A stretch of DNA of 54,888 nucleotides, taken from the IMG/VR virus record IMGVR_UViG_3300008110_000120, positions 1 through 54,888 of that record, one strand, 5' to 3'. Below, piece by piece: positions 38,201 through 49,196 of the stretch. Position 1 is the stretch's first letter. Every line of letters begins with the position of its first letter. The DNA is from a virus (taxonomy: Duplodnaviria; Caudoviricetes). The translations under genes were made by a program, and so were the position numbers. The notes below the pieces were generated by a model, which was given only the letters and a program-made list of their open reading frames with translations, was not told the DNA's origin and made no database searches.

Positions 38201-41200
38201 ATCTGTGAAAGTAACTCCTATACCAAGATCTGCAAAATCAGATCTAGTTGAAATTCTAAACTGATCATTGGTTATCTTTATAGCATATACATCTGATGGT
38301 AAAATGGTTGTAACAAGTCCAACCGAATTTAAAGTTGCACCTATGCCTAATGGTACAGGTAAAGAACTTGTGAAGGTAGATGCGGGTGTATAAACTAACT
38401 GTTCTCCGGTATTGAAAAAGTGATTTTTGATCGTAAATATTCCAGTAGAAGGATCCAAGACTGTGGGATTATTTGGATTAAATGTTTTTGTAAATATTGG
38501 AGTTCCATTAAATCTCACATCAAATGAACTTTTATCGTATCTATTTCCGTTAATAGAATCGAAGAATCTTAAATAGAAAGATTCTCTAACATTGCCATAT
38601 TCTAAAGATTCTGGATCACTTAATTCATCATAAAGATAATAGAACATTTGATTATAGCTTTGAATTTTCATTTCTCCGGTATGAGAAGGATCTGGATAGA
38701 AATACATATCCATTGTAGATCCTCCATCTACAGATCCAAATGTTCCTATTCCCAAAGTACTACCAATTGATAAAATTGGATATTGTTTAACAATAATATC
38801 CCCATTTCCAGATCTTATCATCATAACCTGATGCATTGCAATTGTATTTCCAATGGAAACTTTAACCAAAGATTTAATACTTGAAATTTCTTCTGTGTTT
38901 ACTGACAATACTGAAGTTGATCCAGAAGAATTGACATAATTTGATTGTAATCTGCAGGTTAATTCATCACCATCTGGTTGACCAGTTGATTTGAATCTAT
39001 AAGTAGAGATTCCCAAAGAAGTTGATCCAAATCCAACGAGCTTACCTCTAATTAATAAATTGTCTGAAGTAATATTGTCACATTTCAATGTTAAAACGCC
39101 AGAAGATATTGTTGAAGTAAATGTGCCAATAAAGTTGCTGGATAATTGTTCTTCTGTTGTGTCAAAATAGTATTCGGACATGTAACTATTTGTACCATCA
39201 TGTGTTACATATAAATCAACATAATTAGCCTCACTACTATCAATATTTAAAATTTGCAAACTTACATATAATGCACTGGTGTCTGCGGTGTTTACGGATA
39301 AAATAGATGCCGTTGACCCAACACCCACACTGCTAGTACTTCCATTTAAATTAATAAATCCTATACTTTGAGTTCCAATTCCAACATCAACGGATGAAAA
39401 ATTTGTTTTTAGAACTTTTATATCAAGATCAGTATTATAAGGGTCTGTAGGATCTAAAGATATGGATTGCTCCCCACTACTATCAACATATCCATAAAGA
39501 TTACCAAGAACATTGCCTCCAGAATAAATGGAAGATTTTTCTAAAGTAAATATATTTTTATCACCATCGGTTAAAGTAACCAATTCCGAAAACTGAATAT
39601 TTCCACTATTTGGGTCCTTAATTTCAATTATAAAATTAGCAAAATTTTCATTATAATCAACTAAATCTACTGTAGTTGAAGTATTTGATTGCCTATTATC
39701 TAAATTTGAAAATAACGGACTAATATCATCTATTTTTAACGCTAGATTGGAGATGCAATTAATATAATTAGTTAATCTCTTAGTTTTAAATCTAATAAAT
39801 CTAGATATATTTGTATTTTCAGCAACATTGGTATCTAAAGTTAAATCAAAATTATTAATAGTATCAACTCTATTTTCTTCAGAAATATCTAAAACAATCG
39901 TTGAAACTGTTTCCCCTGGTTCTTGATCAAAAGAAGTTGAAGAACCTGAAACTTGAACATCTGCAAAGTTCTTTAATCCAATTGGATGAAGAAGTTGATT
40001 TACTGGTCCGGATAATTCATCATATGTTTTAGAACTTCTAACGGAATAAGAAAGATTTTGGAAATAATCATTATTTGGTAAAACTTGATATTCTTCATTT
40101 AATTTACCAGTATCTTTTTCCCAATCTTTATTTTGCTTTAAAGAATAATTAATTTCTAAAAGACCTGCATTTGAATTAATATTACTAATGGTTGCCAGAA
40201 CTCCAGTTAATTTTCCTTTAATTACGTCACCAACTTTTAATTGATCATATGTTCCATCAACTTTAAGAACATCTGCATCAAGACTTATAACTCTTAAATC
40301 AATACCGACAAAAGAAGAACCTTTTTTTAATAGTAATTCTTCATTATTGACAAAGTTTGCAACTTCCTGATAAACTTTAAATTCTGGATAATTTTTTTTA
40401 TTGACGATATTAGCGTTTGGTGAAAAAGTTATTGCTATTCCGGGGTTTACAGTTAAATCTGCTAGATCAAATTCCAATAATGCTGGGCTAGATGGGATAT
40501 AATTAGTAACTGTAAAGAATTTGTAATTATAATCTTTTGAATTAAACCCTGTGCCGGTTGTACCATTTTTTAGAATCCCCTCCACAAAAATTTCATCACC
40601 TATTGAAAATGGTGCAATATTAAATCCTAATACTGGAGTAACCAATGTGCATGTAACCACTGTCGATGCATTACTAATTTCTGAAATGGATATACCGTTA
40701 GTATTATTTTCCGTGTAAAGTTTATGGTTGACAGAACTCAATCCATACGGAATTTCAATAATTTCTACAGAACTAATAGAAGATGAAGATAATTTTGGAA
40801 CCAAATTGCCAGAATTAACAACTATATTGTCATATGGATCAAATATAGTAATAGAAGGTGAAGAAAGATAATTTTTTCCTCCATCCAGCACTTCAATAGA
40901 AGTAACCCTATTTACATTTTTTAAATTTAAAATAGGTGGGATATATGCGTCAGGTCTAATAGATTTATCAACTGAATATTCATATCCTTGATCTATGACC
41001 GTTACTTTTTCTAATTTTCCTATCGAAGATGATTTTAATTCTATAGAAGCATCAAATCCATTTTCAGATTCAATCTTTTCAAAACTAGGAATTTTTTTGT
41101 ATCCATATCCACCATAAACGATTGATATATCAGAAATTCCACCAGTGCTATTTTTTGATAGAGTAGAATATCTTAAAGAATCGCAATCGCTTTGAACATA

Positions 41201-44200
41201 GGATAATTTTTCAGGAATACCGTTTAAAGTGATGTAAAATTGTGTGCTTGCAATACCAACAGAAGTAATTCCATAATTTCCATTATATAAACTATTTTCA
41301 AAACTTATTCTTGATGAGTATTTAATGTCCGGATCGGAACGTAAAGTGCGGTTGGTCTTTTCTAAAGAATAATATAAAAATTGTGGTAGATTGGCAGAAT
41401 AATTGATCGTTACTGAAGCGTCCGAAGAAATACCAACTGAACCAACCCCAACAACATTAAATTCATTTTCGGTTGGGGAAGATATGTATTCTTTACTGAA
41501 CTTCTCATCATAATAGATTTTAAATTGATATCCATTTAAAGATGAATCACTTAAGTCAAAGAATAAATTATTATTTTTATAACTCTTTAGTGGTGGGTGA
41601 ACTAAAGATAAACTATGGAGCGTCCCACCAGTTGATGAAAAATTAACAAAATTTGGCGGATTAGATGTAACATCGACAAGAGTTTCACTCAACTTCAATG
41701 TATCATCATCTACTCTATAGACAAAGTAATTTGTTGTTGTTAATCCAGAAATATTACTTCCAATATCCGAATTATAGTAAACTTTATCACCAGTTACAAA
41801 CCCATGATTTAATATTTGTATTTCATCACTTGATACATTTACATTAGAATTAGTAAAAAATTGAGGATTCGCAACAATCTGATCTAAATCATTTTTATAA
41901 AATATTTTAACAGATGAAGAAGATCCATAACCAACAGTTAGATTAGGATTAACTTCCAATCTAATTATATCATTTGATTCTAAATTATGTGATGTCGATA
42001 ACGAAACTAATGATTTTATCTTTGATACTGTACCTGTTACTTGATTAGAATTGGTTTCAAATGAATATTCGTAATCATACCCATTAGCATTTCCAGTATT
42101 TAAGAAATATATTCCTGCGGTACTATTAACTAATGATTTGGAAGTTACAATTCCTATAGTATCTTTAGTTTTATTGATAACATAAACATCCTCACTAAGA
42201 CCGGAACTCGGCAAATTGAACGGAGAATCTGCAGGATTTTTTGAAACTAGAAATCCAGATAAAGATCCTGCCGGTAAATTTAATGTTACTAAATCTCCAG
42301 TTTGGAATTTGTGATTTGGTAGATATATTGATTGTGTATAAACACTATTAGTTAATGTCTCTTCTCCAATTTGATCTGGTATTGAATTTGAAACCCCACT
42401 TGTGGTTCCTATACCAACACATTTTGAGGGATTGAAATATTCTTTATTGTCAACTTTAGAAGTAAAAAATTTAGTTTTTAATGGGAAAGTAAATCTATTT
42501 GGAACAATTTTAATCTCAGTTTTTGCTGGATGATATGCACTAGTATTTCCTCTTATAACTCGTAATACATTTTTATCTGCAAAAATGTTTAAAACTGTCA
42601 ATTCTTCGTTTTCTATTTTTAGGATAGTATCTGGTTTAATATAATCAATTGCTTTTGAAACGTATATGTCAGTCACTCTTGATGAAGGGTTAAGATCAGC
42701 AAATAAGTAAATTAAATTATTCTCAACACTAATTTTATGATTATTTTGCAATCCATTAATGTAAGTTGATATTCCAGAGATTGTTATAATATCATTATCT
42801 AATAAACTATGATAGGTGGATATAAATCCAGATACTTCTGAAGTACTATTCCAAACAAAAGTAAATGAATTATATTTTTCAACTGTTGTTTGAATTGAAT
42901 TTATATCTCTGCCAAAAACTTCCGAAACTACGGCATTAAATCCCACTCCATCATCATTTTCTTGATTTTTGACAATTATTTTATCTCCTACTTTATAATC
43001 AGATCCAGATTCGGTAATTACAAATGAATCTACTGATCCACTTGAAACTAAATCAACATTTAATCTTTGACTAGCAACTTCATTGGATTCAATTATAAAA
43101 TCATTATCTGCATATTTTTCATTAATTTTATATGGAAATGTATTTCTAATTAAACCTAAAGAATTAATATCAATAGTTTGATCTAATAGTAAATTATCCT
43201 CTACGAATAGAGATCTATAATTATTTCCAATAAAATATGGATATAGAGAAGTGTTTGTTAGTGGATTTCTTGTTGCAAAGTAAGCATACGTTCCATTTGG
43301 GAATTGTGGAGTTTTACACCATCTACCATTATAAACATCAAGATCTTCAGAATCAAAAAATACATAATCTTCGATAAAGAATCCAGTAGAAACCCCAACT
43401 GGTCTATCTGAAATAGCACCATTAGTAATTTTATATCCCGGAACTAATGCTTTTATATCTGATTGTGGATCTTCTGGATCAGAATATCCATACGATCCGT
43501 ATATTGGATTTCCATCATATGCCCATCCAATAATTGGTGAATGTTTAGATCCATCATCATTAAATTCTTCGTTAGCAATGACCGAATCATATCCCAAATA
43601 CCCATACTTGAGATTATTATTTGTATCTACTAAAATTTCATTTCCATATCTTCTAAAACTATCAATACGTAAATCTCTTATTTTTGGATCTAAAAATGCA
43701 CCACTTCCATCAGAGATGACTTGTATTTTGGTATTTGATTCAGTATACTCTCTACCAGAGTCTATAACTACAATTGAAGATATCTTGTTATTTGTAACAA
43801 TTGCCCTTAACTTTGCGCCAAAACCATCACCAACAACTTCTAATCTAGGAACACTATAATATTCCTTTCCGGAGGATTCTATTTCAACCCTCATAATTTT
43901 ACCATCAATTATTACAGGTCTAACCTCACCACCTTTTCCAGATTTAATTTTTATTAGAGGTTTCTTCTCCAAATTAATTATCGTAGATCCATATCCAGTT
44001 CCAGACTCATATACATAAGCATCGACAATTTTTCCGCGAACTATTGGAGTTGCAGTAACTATTCCAGTAAAAGTACCTGCATAAGATACAACGACATCTA
44101 TTTTAATATCTGGATATTTAAAAATGTGATATTCAGAACCAGTACTAGCAAAGGAAACATATTTTCTTCTATCAAAATTTGAAGTATCTTCGGATCCTAT

Positions 44201-47200
44201 CAAACCGGCATCAGATAATTTAAAAGAATCCTCATCTAATTTTGTGATAAAATATTCTCTGGTAGTTGATAGACCAGAAATTCCTACTCCGGTTGAATTA
44301 TATTGAATTAAATCTCCAGTGTTAAAATTATGATTCGTAAATGTAACTTCACTCCTTTGCGTCGATATGCCAGAGGATTTTACAATTAATTTTCTATTCT
44401 GGTAGTTTTCACCTTGATTTACAACTTTAATATATGATAATGTTTTTTTATCTACTGTTCTAAATCTATGATTTCCAAATAAGTTTGTTGTTGTAAATCC
44501 TACCGTATTGACACCGACATTGAAATTTTCTAAAGATTCGTAAAGTTGAATTGTTTTATTATTGATTAATTTGGCGTAGTATGACCCACCATCGACTAAA
44601 GTTCTATTTTGACTTAAATTAGATCCCCCAAAAATTCCAATACCAACATCATTTCCAACAGAACTATAAATTATTTCTTGACCATTTGAAAATTTGTGAT
44701 CTGATGTAAATGTAATAGTTTCGTTTATAATATCAATTCCGCCACCATTTTCAAGTAGTCTCCCATCAAATATTACTTCTCGATATCTAGAAGCCAAAAA
44801 TGGTTGCAAAACACAATTTTTTCCATTGCCACCTACAAGATTAACGGAAATAACTCTTTGGATGTCAAAGTCTTGAGGATCAACTAAAACTTCAGAAATG
44901 GAACCACTAATAACTGGTTGGACAAAACAAGTATTCCCAATAGAAGGTGAAACTTCAACATAGGGTGGATTAATGACATCATAATTACTTCCACCGTTTA
45001 AAACATCTAATGATTTTATTGGTCCATAATAAATTTTATCTCCAGACCTTGCATTGATAATTTCAACCCCATTACACATTAATCCAAGGGTCTTAAGATC
45101 TTTTGTAGAATATTTGTCTCCTAATTGAAAATTTCTAGTTAATGGAAATTTCCTAACAATACTCTGTTGACCAATTTGATTTGATTTTTGTAACGATAAT
45201 GTAAACGTATGAGATCCATCACTTTCAGATAAAGTTGATAATTTAACATAATTAGAAGATCCTATAAAAGATTTAGACTCATATAATTTAATATTATCTT
45301 TAGAAACAACTTCGGCATAATATTCTTTACCTGAAGTTAATTCTGGAATATCCGTTATTTCTGACTGGTATACAATTGCATCTCCAGTTCTAAATGGGTT
45401 GTCCTGATCATCAGTTTCTTTTATTTTTACTGTGGTATATTTTTTGGTTACAGGATCTTGATCATTTAAAAATGTTGATGTTGCATTTTCAATGGTTTTT
45501 TGAATTATATTTTTTTCTATGGTATATGAAGGTAGACCATTGGTGGCAACATAAAAATATTGATCATATTCATTATACACATTTAAAATATTTGAAATTA
45601 ATGCGTTATTTCCAAATTCAATGGGAACATTTGAACTATTTGCTTTTCTTAATTTTCTTCTTAAATCAAAATATCTTCCATAATATGGCTTTCCTGGATC
45701 TAATGAATCAAATGGATCTCCGTTCAAATCAGTTAAACCATTTAAGGAAATTTCCCTATCAACAAAAGTAATAGATGCAACAGTTGCAATATTACTTTCA
45801 GAAGTTACTAGATCTTGTGTCCCCCTAATTAAAATTTCAACTTCATCTCCTAATTTTAAACTAGATTTATCAATATCACTTTCCAATACTAATGTAGAAC
45901 CGGCAATTGATTTTATTTGATATCTTGAACTTGTATTATAAATCCAACTATTTGCAAATATCTGCTTATCATTTTCATCCCTGTTAGGTATAACTTCCCC
46001 AATACTCTTAACTCTTATGTATTCATTTTCATTCAATCCATAGATAGAATTATTTTCTTCAATACCATTAATTACACCAGTAATTCTTAATCTAACTTCT
46101 TTTAAAGTATCTCCATTTTCATATGAAATAACGTATTGATCAATACGAATATCATCACTTGGATTTATAACTTCAGTTATATTTTCACATCCATAAAATT
46201 GATTGAGACTTTTTCCGGAATATTGAATAGTGTTGTTTCCACATATTAATGATCCCGAAAGTGGAAATCCTACTGTACTGTCAACTGAAATTATTTCAGA
46301 TCCGGGTTGAGTTTTTTCAACTACTTTGGTTTTTGCATGAATATCAAATGATCCACTAATTGAAGTCTCCTGGGTATACCCAACAAATAATGAAAGTTTA
46401 TAAAAATATTTTTGCCCCCTCCTAATAATCTCTACATTTGAAACTGCAGCCCGAGATTGGGAATCTATTGAACTATAGATTTCTTGTCCAACTATTTTTG
46501 TTGGGTCTCCAGATAACCTTTCGGCAATTATTATCTCTTTTCTTAAAAATTCTGCGCTGGATGGTTTTAAAAGATATTTTTCCAGATCAATAACTTTAAC
46601 AGATTCGGCATATAAAACTTTAAATAATATTTTAAATGATTCTTCTGTACCTTTACTTTGATAGAAAGATCTTGCTTCCTTTATAAAGTTTGCAGCATTA
46701 ATTTCCCCAGAAAAATCAATATTCTCTAATCCGGGTGTTAATGAATATTTAATCTTATTAAAAAATTCTTTTAAAAATAAAGAACTAAGATTGGTTATTG
46801 TGGAATTGGATGAATGAGAAGAACTTTTTGATGTTGAGAATACTAAATTTTCTGGATCACTTGGATCATGATAATCTGTTACTCCACTAAAACCACGAAT
46901 ACATCCTGTAAATGTATTTGTAGTTATTCCCGTATATGTAATAATTTCATCATCAATCTTAAGCAAACCATATCTTTTTGGAAATCCTTTTGTACTATTG
47001 ACAACAATAGTATCATCGGATAAATCAATACTTTCTTCCAAAGAAGTATTATTAGAAATAACCTCCGGAATTAAGTAATCTAATTTTAAATAAGAACTTA
47101 AATTGTCAAGAATATCAACCGTACCACCGGCATATTCTTGAGAAATATAATATTGTTTTAAAAATTCTGCAGCATTGGGGTTTTCGCTTAAAATAAATTC

Positions 47201-47263
47201 AGGGAGTTGATTGACAACAATATCCTGAATTTTTACTTTTACATCAAAGTTATTTTCTATCAT
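35285..47263 (-). CDS. g7: Giant baseplate wedge initiator (gp7-like), 3992 aa
   Basis: QLPEFI..FLKQYY, FYQSKGT..SFKILFK, YFQNLSYS..LHPIGLKNF motifs; between g6 and g8; repeated H.F.TGD...Y domains; HSPIIGWAYDGNPIYG block. Confidence 0.85.
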   Translation of the reverse strand: MIENNFDVKVKIQDIVVNQLPEFILSENPNAAEFLKQYYISQEYAGGTVDILDNLSSYLKLDYLIPEVISNNTSLEESIDLSDDTIVVNSTKGFPKRYGLLKIDDEIITYTGITTNTFTGCIRGFSGVTDYHDPSDPENLVFSTSKSSSHSSNSTITNLSSLFLKEFFNKIKYSLTPGLENIDFSGEINAANFIKEARSFYQSKGTEESFKILFKVLYAESVKVIDLEKYLLKPSSAEFLRKEIIIAERLSGDPTKIVGQEIYSSIDSQSRAAVSNVEIIRRGQKYFYKLSLFVGYTQETSISGSFDIHAKTKVVEKTQPGSEIISVDSTVGFPLSGSLICGNNTIQYSGKSLNQFYGCENITEVINPSDDIRIDQYVISYENGDTLKEVRLRITGVINGIEENNSIYGLNENEYIRVKSIGEVIPNRDENDKQIFANSWIYNTSSRYQIKSIAGSTLVLESDIDKSSLKLGDEVEILIRGTQDLVTSESNIATVASITFVDREISLNGLTDLNGDPFDSLDPGKPYYGRYFDLRRKLRKANSSNVPIEFGNNALISNILNVYNEYDQYFYVATNGLPSYTIEKNIIQKTIENATSTFLNDQDPVTKKYTTVKIKETDDQDNPFRTGDAIVYQSEITDIPELTSGKEYYAEVVSKDNIKLYESKSFIGSSNYVKLSTLSESDGSHTFTLSLQKSNQIGQQSIVRKFPLTRNFQLGDKYSTKDLKTLGLMCNGVEIINARSGDKIYYGPIKSLDVLNGGSNYDVINPPYVEVSPSIGNTCFVQPVISGSISEVLVDPQDFDIQRVISVNLVGGNGKNCVLQPFLASRYREVIFDGRLLENGGGIDIINETITFTSDHKFSNGQEIIYSSVGNDVGIGIFGGSNLSQNRTLVDGGSYYAKLINNKTIQLYESLENFNVGVNTVGFTTTNLFGNHRFRTVDKKTLSYIKVVNQGENYQNRKLIVKSSGISTQRSEVTFTNHNFNTGDLIQYNSTGVGISGLSTTREYFITKLDEDSFKLSDAGLIGSEDTSNFDRRKYVSFASTGSEYHIFKYPDIKIDVVVSYAGTFTGIVTATPIVRGKIVDAYVYESGTGYGSTIINLEKKPLIKIKSGKGGEVRPVIIDGKIMRVEIESSGKEYYSVPRLEVVGDGFGAKLRAIVTNNKISSIVVIDSGREYTESNTKIQVISDGSGAFLDPKIRDLRIDSFRRYGNEILVDTNNNLKYGYLGYDSVIANEEFNDDGSKHSPIIGWAYDGNPIYGSYGYSDPEDPQSDIKALVPGYKITNGAISDRPVGVSTGFFIEDYVFFDSEDLDVYNGRWCKTPQFPNGTYAYFATRNPLTNTSLYPYFIGNNYRSLFVEDNLLLDQTIDINSLGLIRNTFPYKINEKYADNDFIIESNEVASQRLNVDLVSSGSVDSFVITESGSDYKVGDKIIVKNQENDDGVGFNAVVSEVFGRDINSIQTTVEKYNSFTFVWNSTSEVSGFISTYHSLLDNDIITISGISTYINGLQNNHKISVENNLIYLFADLNPSSRVTDIYVSKAIDYIKPDTILKIENEELTVLNIFADKNVLRVIRGNTSAYHPAKTEIKIVPNRFTFPLKTKFFTSKVDNKEYFNPSKCVGIGTTSGVSNSIPDQIGEETLTNSVYTQSIYLPNHKFQTGDLVTLNLPAGSLSGFLVSKNPADSPFNLPSSGLSEDVYVINKTKDTIGIVTSKSLVNSTAGIYFLNTGNANGYDYEYSFETNSNQVTGTVSKIKSLVSLSTSHNLESNDIIRLEVNPNLTVGYGSSSSVKIFYKNDLDQIVANPQFFTNSNVNVSSDEIQILNHGFVTGDKVYYNSDIGSNISGLTTTNYFVYRVDDDTLKLSETLVDVTSNPPNFVNFSSTGGTLHSLSLVHPPLKSYKNNNLFFDLSDSSLNGYQFKIYYDEKFSKEYISSPTENEFNVVGVGSVGISSDASVTINYSANLPQFLYYSLEKTNRTLRSDPDIKYSSRISFENSLYNGNYGITSVGIASTQFYITLNGIPEKLSYVQSDCDSLRYSTLSKNSTGGISDISIVYGGYGYKKIPSFEKIESENGFDASIELKSSSIGKLEKVTVIDQGYEYSVDKSIRPDAYIPPILNLKNVNRVTSIEVLDGGKNYLSSPSITIFDPYDNIVVNSGNLVPKLSSSSISSVEIIEIPYGLSSVNHKLYTENNTNGISISEISNASTVVTCTLVTPVLGFNIAPFSIGDEIFVEGILKNGTTGTGFNSKDYNYKFFTVTNYIPSSPALLEFDLADLTVNPGIAITFSPNANIVNKKNYPEFKVYQEVANFVNNEELLLKKGSSFVGIDLRVISLDADVLKVDGTYDQLKVGDVIKGKLTGVLATISNINSNAGLLEINYSLKQNKDWEKDTGKLNEEYQVLPNNDYFQNLSYSVRSSKTYDELSGPVNQLLHPIGLKNFADVQVSGSSTSFDQEPGETVSTIVLDISEENRVDTINNFDLTLDTNVAENTNISRFIRFKTKRLTNYINCISNLALKIDDISPLFSNLDNRQSNTSTTVDLVDYNENFANFIIEIKDPNSGNIQFSELVTLTDGDKNIFTLEKSSIYSGGNVLGNLYGYVDSSGEQSISLDPTDPYNTDLDIKVLKTNFSSVDVGIGTQSIGFINLNGSTSSVGVGSTASILSVNTADTSALYVSLQILNIDSSEANYVDLYVTHDGTNSYMSEYYFDTTEEQLSSNFIGTFTSTISSGVLTLKCDNITSDNLLIRGKLVGFGSTSLGISTYRFKSTGQPDGDELTCRLQSNYVNSSGSTSVLSVNTEEISSIKSLVKVSIGNTIAMHQVMMIRSGNGDIIVKQYPILSIGSTLGIGTFGSVDGGSTMDMYFYPDPSHTGEMKIQSYNQMFYYLYDELSDPESLEYGNVRESFYLRFFDSINGNRYDKSSFDVRFNGTPIFTKTFNPNNPTVLDPSTGIFTIKNHFFNTGEQLVYTPASTFTSSLPVPLGIGATLNSVGLVTTILPSDVYAIKITNDQFRISTRSDFADLGIGVTFTDTASGNAHQLDMTKKLSKTVISLDGVVQSPIKWSPVSHNLIYNGGQITGSATTFSLTGISTIFPKSILKIDDEYVEVIGVGIGTSTSSEITGIGTYNLVYVSRAVLGSAATVHNDSSEVRVYTGAYDIVKSRLHFISPPKGQNSLDETPSNLPIIKSKFNGRVFLRQDYVTNTLYDDISSQFTGIGQTMTLTVQGINTTGIETGNSLLFINDIFQTPTTENNAGNNYFFTEVGSETKVVFTGITSTNSEIIISDYDVNQNQLPRNGLIVSLGSTPGLGFAPLVGASLTSWSNRVSISSGSITGVSIGSSDYLGSGYYGQVSIGVTQSGHTGNIAVIRANIGSGGTITGFTVVSGGTGYSANPSIIIPEPTYENLSVVGVSRIGVGLTTETGVGLLMNLEVSPSENVGIGSTLFQVSSFKITRPGYGFKLGDVFKPVGLVTAKGLASPVFDFTLTATDIFTDSFSSWQFGELDYMDSIKSLQNGSRKRFPLKYKGELLTFETDDPILNLNSVLIIFIDGVIQDPGTSYQFTGGSSFAFTEAPKAENNISIFFYRGTRDIDTVIVDVVETIKPGDTVRMFKNNYVLGSLTQDSRTVVGIQTSDEIETNLYFGKGIETDVNKYKPLSWTKQKSDKIFNGEYFYKSRNSLESLIYPTAKIIKSVSAADNQIFVDDARFFNYEEDDPGSSVQIIDFNAMIIPQVSLVAASATCVVSSAGTIQSIAILNGGSGYTGLTAELKIASPQNTYTGIGSTAQAFATVVNGSLSTPIVISNPGLGYSISNRPKIIAPFPEFSFENVFDIASVQGFSGIITGIAATTGTGSNPLGIKFNLKISGYSLINVSNFATLNVGYPVLIFDTAVGAGLTSIYVNDSDVVGIGTSFLNNIYTVASISASGINAEIVVNVKSTSNLAGINSIGSNLGKFSWGRLSSMVRKNPISIGISGYTVDVGLSTFPTIQRRGYGFNNSGSVDDNLTG

Positions 47264-47266
47264 TGC

Positions 47267-49195
47267 TTATTTCCTTTTTAATTCCCCATTTGAATAGCTT
47301 GAAGTATAATAATCTCTAATAAATGTTGATCCGGAAATATCATCTCCAGATGAAATAACATCTCTTATCATATTTATAGTGCTCTTATTAAGAGCGAAAC
47401 TTAAATATAAATCTTTGAGACCAACCACATCATTAGATTCTGGATACGCTTGAATTTCAATAATATCATTAGGTACTATAGTTGAAGTAATATTAAGAGT
47501 ATTTAATATTATTTCTCCAGAATTGTAATCAATTGTTCCTGCCGATTTAATCACAACTGGATATGTGCCCAATTGTTTACTTTCTTTAACAATAGATAAT
47601 ACTCCCATTCCACTACCATCCAGATTTCCAGATGCATCTTTATTAGGAATGTCTGTAAAATAAACAGTATCCGGAAGACCCGATAATGTAAATCCAGTAC
47701 TTTTAATATTAAAACCGTCAGGGTTAATATGGAATTTATTTCCAAAGCACAATTCATATTGGGCAAATCTATTTAATGCAGCATTCAGATCTCTTCTAAT
47801 AATAACCTTTGTAATATTAGAAGTTATAGAATTATCAACATTATCGATAATTTGAAGCAATTTACTGTACTTAAATCTACCACCAAACTTATTTACATTT
47901 ACCGAATTGGCATAAAGATCTAGTGAGTTAATAACATTTGTCCTTAAACTATCAACATTACTAACTTGACTTGAATTGTAGTAAATTGAACTATCAATTT
48001 CAACATAAAGAACTTTAAGATCTACAATTTCTTGGGAAATGCCACTTAAAGAATAATTTTTTAGTTTTGATAAAATATTTTTTTTATCAAAATCTGACAC
48101 TAAAGATCCATTTTTTGGTTTAATACTAATGAAAACTTTTCCGTATTGTGGTGGGATTAAGTCTTCTCCACCAACAACAGAAACAGATTCTGTATTTGGG
48201 TATATTTGTTGAATGATTGATTCATAGTCTCTTCCAGTAACTGCTCTATATTGCGAAGAATAAACTCTAGGAGCAAAATATTTAATAGATTCTATGGGCT
48301 CTATATCACCACCATTAGATGCCGAACTTATGGTACTAACAATAACAGAGTCAGTTGGAATGACTGTTGCACCAGATGCTGATGATAGAACGCCAGAAAA
48401 AATAAAATTAGATGGTCCATTCCCATCCTTTCCATTGGTAATGATATAAGTGACTGTGATTACGGAATTATTTTCTAATTTTTTACCAAAAAATCCATCA
48501 CCAAAAAGAATTTCATACTTTTCGTCTTTTATTTCTTGAATTAAGTATGATTTTGAATCGCCAGTTATATTTAAAATATTATCTATTCTTGCATATTCTA
48601 CACCTTCCCCAGTATCATTAACTCCCTTAACTTTTACAACAATAGTTGAAGTGTCTATAAAGGAGTTATCTAAAATAAATCTCTGATTTACTGAAGTATC
48701 AACCGTGAACTGTTTTTTAATTAATGTCCCCTGATATACATGGATTGGATCATTAGCAGTTCCAAATGTTGCAACTCCATTATTGACTACTGTTGTTATA
48801 TTATTTGGTATTGAAAAAATATATGAAGTTTCGTTATATGATCCAGAGCAAACTATACCTCTATTTAAAGTTAAAGTCGGTGAAGATGTTTCGGTGGCAA
48901 CATCAAAGGCAATTAGTGCTTTTGCTGAAGATCTAGAGCGAGGAACATATCCTATCGTCCTTGCAAGAGAGACAACATTTTCTCTAATAGTTGCAGAATC
49001 CAAGAAGGATTCATTAACAACCATATTTGCATTGAATGATGTTATATAAGTGTTATATGCTAACGTATCAATTAAAACTGAAAAGTTAGATCCATCAAAG
49101 TCAAAATCAGTGAACTTTGAATTTGATCGAAGATAATCTTTAATTGATGTTTTTATCTGATCAAAATCTAGATCAGTAAATTTGGTAAAAGGCAT
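47267..49195 (-). CDS. g6: Baseplate wedge protein gp6
   Basis: LDFDQIK, FTDFDFDGSN, LAYNTY, ESFLDSA, FGDG, QYRAVT..DYE. Confidence 0.96.
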   Translation of the reverse strand: MPFTKFTDLDFDQIKTSIKDYLRSNSKFTDFDFDGSNFSVLIDTLAYNTYITSFNANMVVNESFLDSATIRENVVSLARTIGYVPRSRSSAKALIAFDVATETSSPTLTLNRGIVCSGSYNETSYIFSIPNNITTVVNNGVATFGTANDPIHVYQGTLIKKQFTVDTSVNQRFILDNSFIDTSTIVVKVKGVNDTGEGVEYARIDNILNITGDSKSYLIQEIKDEKYEILFGDGFFGKKLENNSVITVTYIITNGKDGNGPSNFIFSGVLSSASGATVIPTDSVIVSTISSASNGGDIEPIESIKYFAPRVYSSQYRAVTGRDYESIIQQIYPNTESVSVVGGEDLIPPQYGKVFISIKPKNGSLVSDFDKKNILSKLKNYSLSGISQEIVDLKVLYVEIDSSIYYNSSQVSNVDSLRTNVINSLDLYANSVNVNKFGGRFKYSKLLQIIDNVDNSITSNITKVIIRRDLNAALNRFAQYELCFGNKFHINPDGFNIKSTGFTLSGLPDTVYFTDIPNKDASGNLDGSGMGVLSIVKESKQLGTYPVVIKSAGTIDYNSGEIILNTLNITSTIVPNDIIEIQAYPESNDVVGLKDLYLSFALNKSTINMIRDVISSGDDISGSTFIRDYYTSSYSNGELKRK

Positions 49196-49196
49196 T

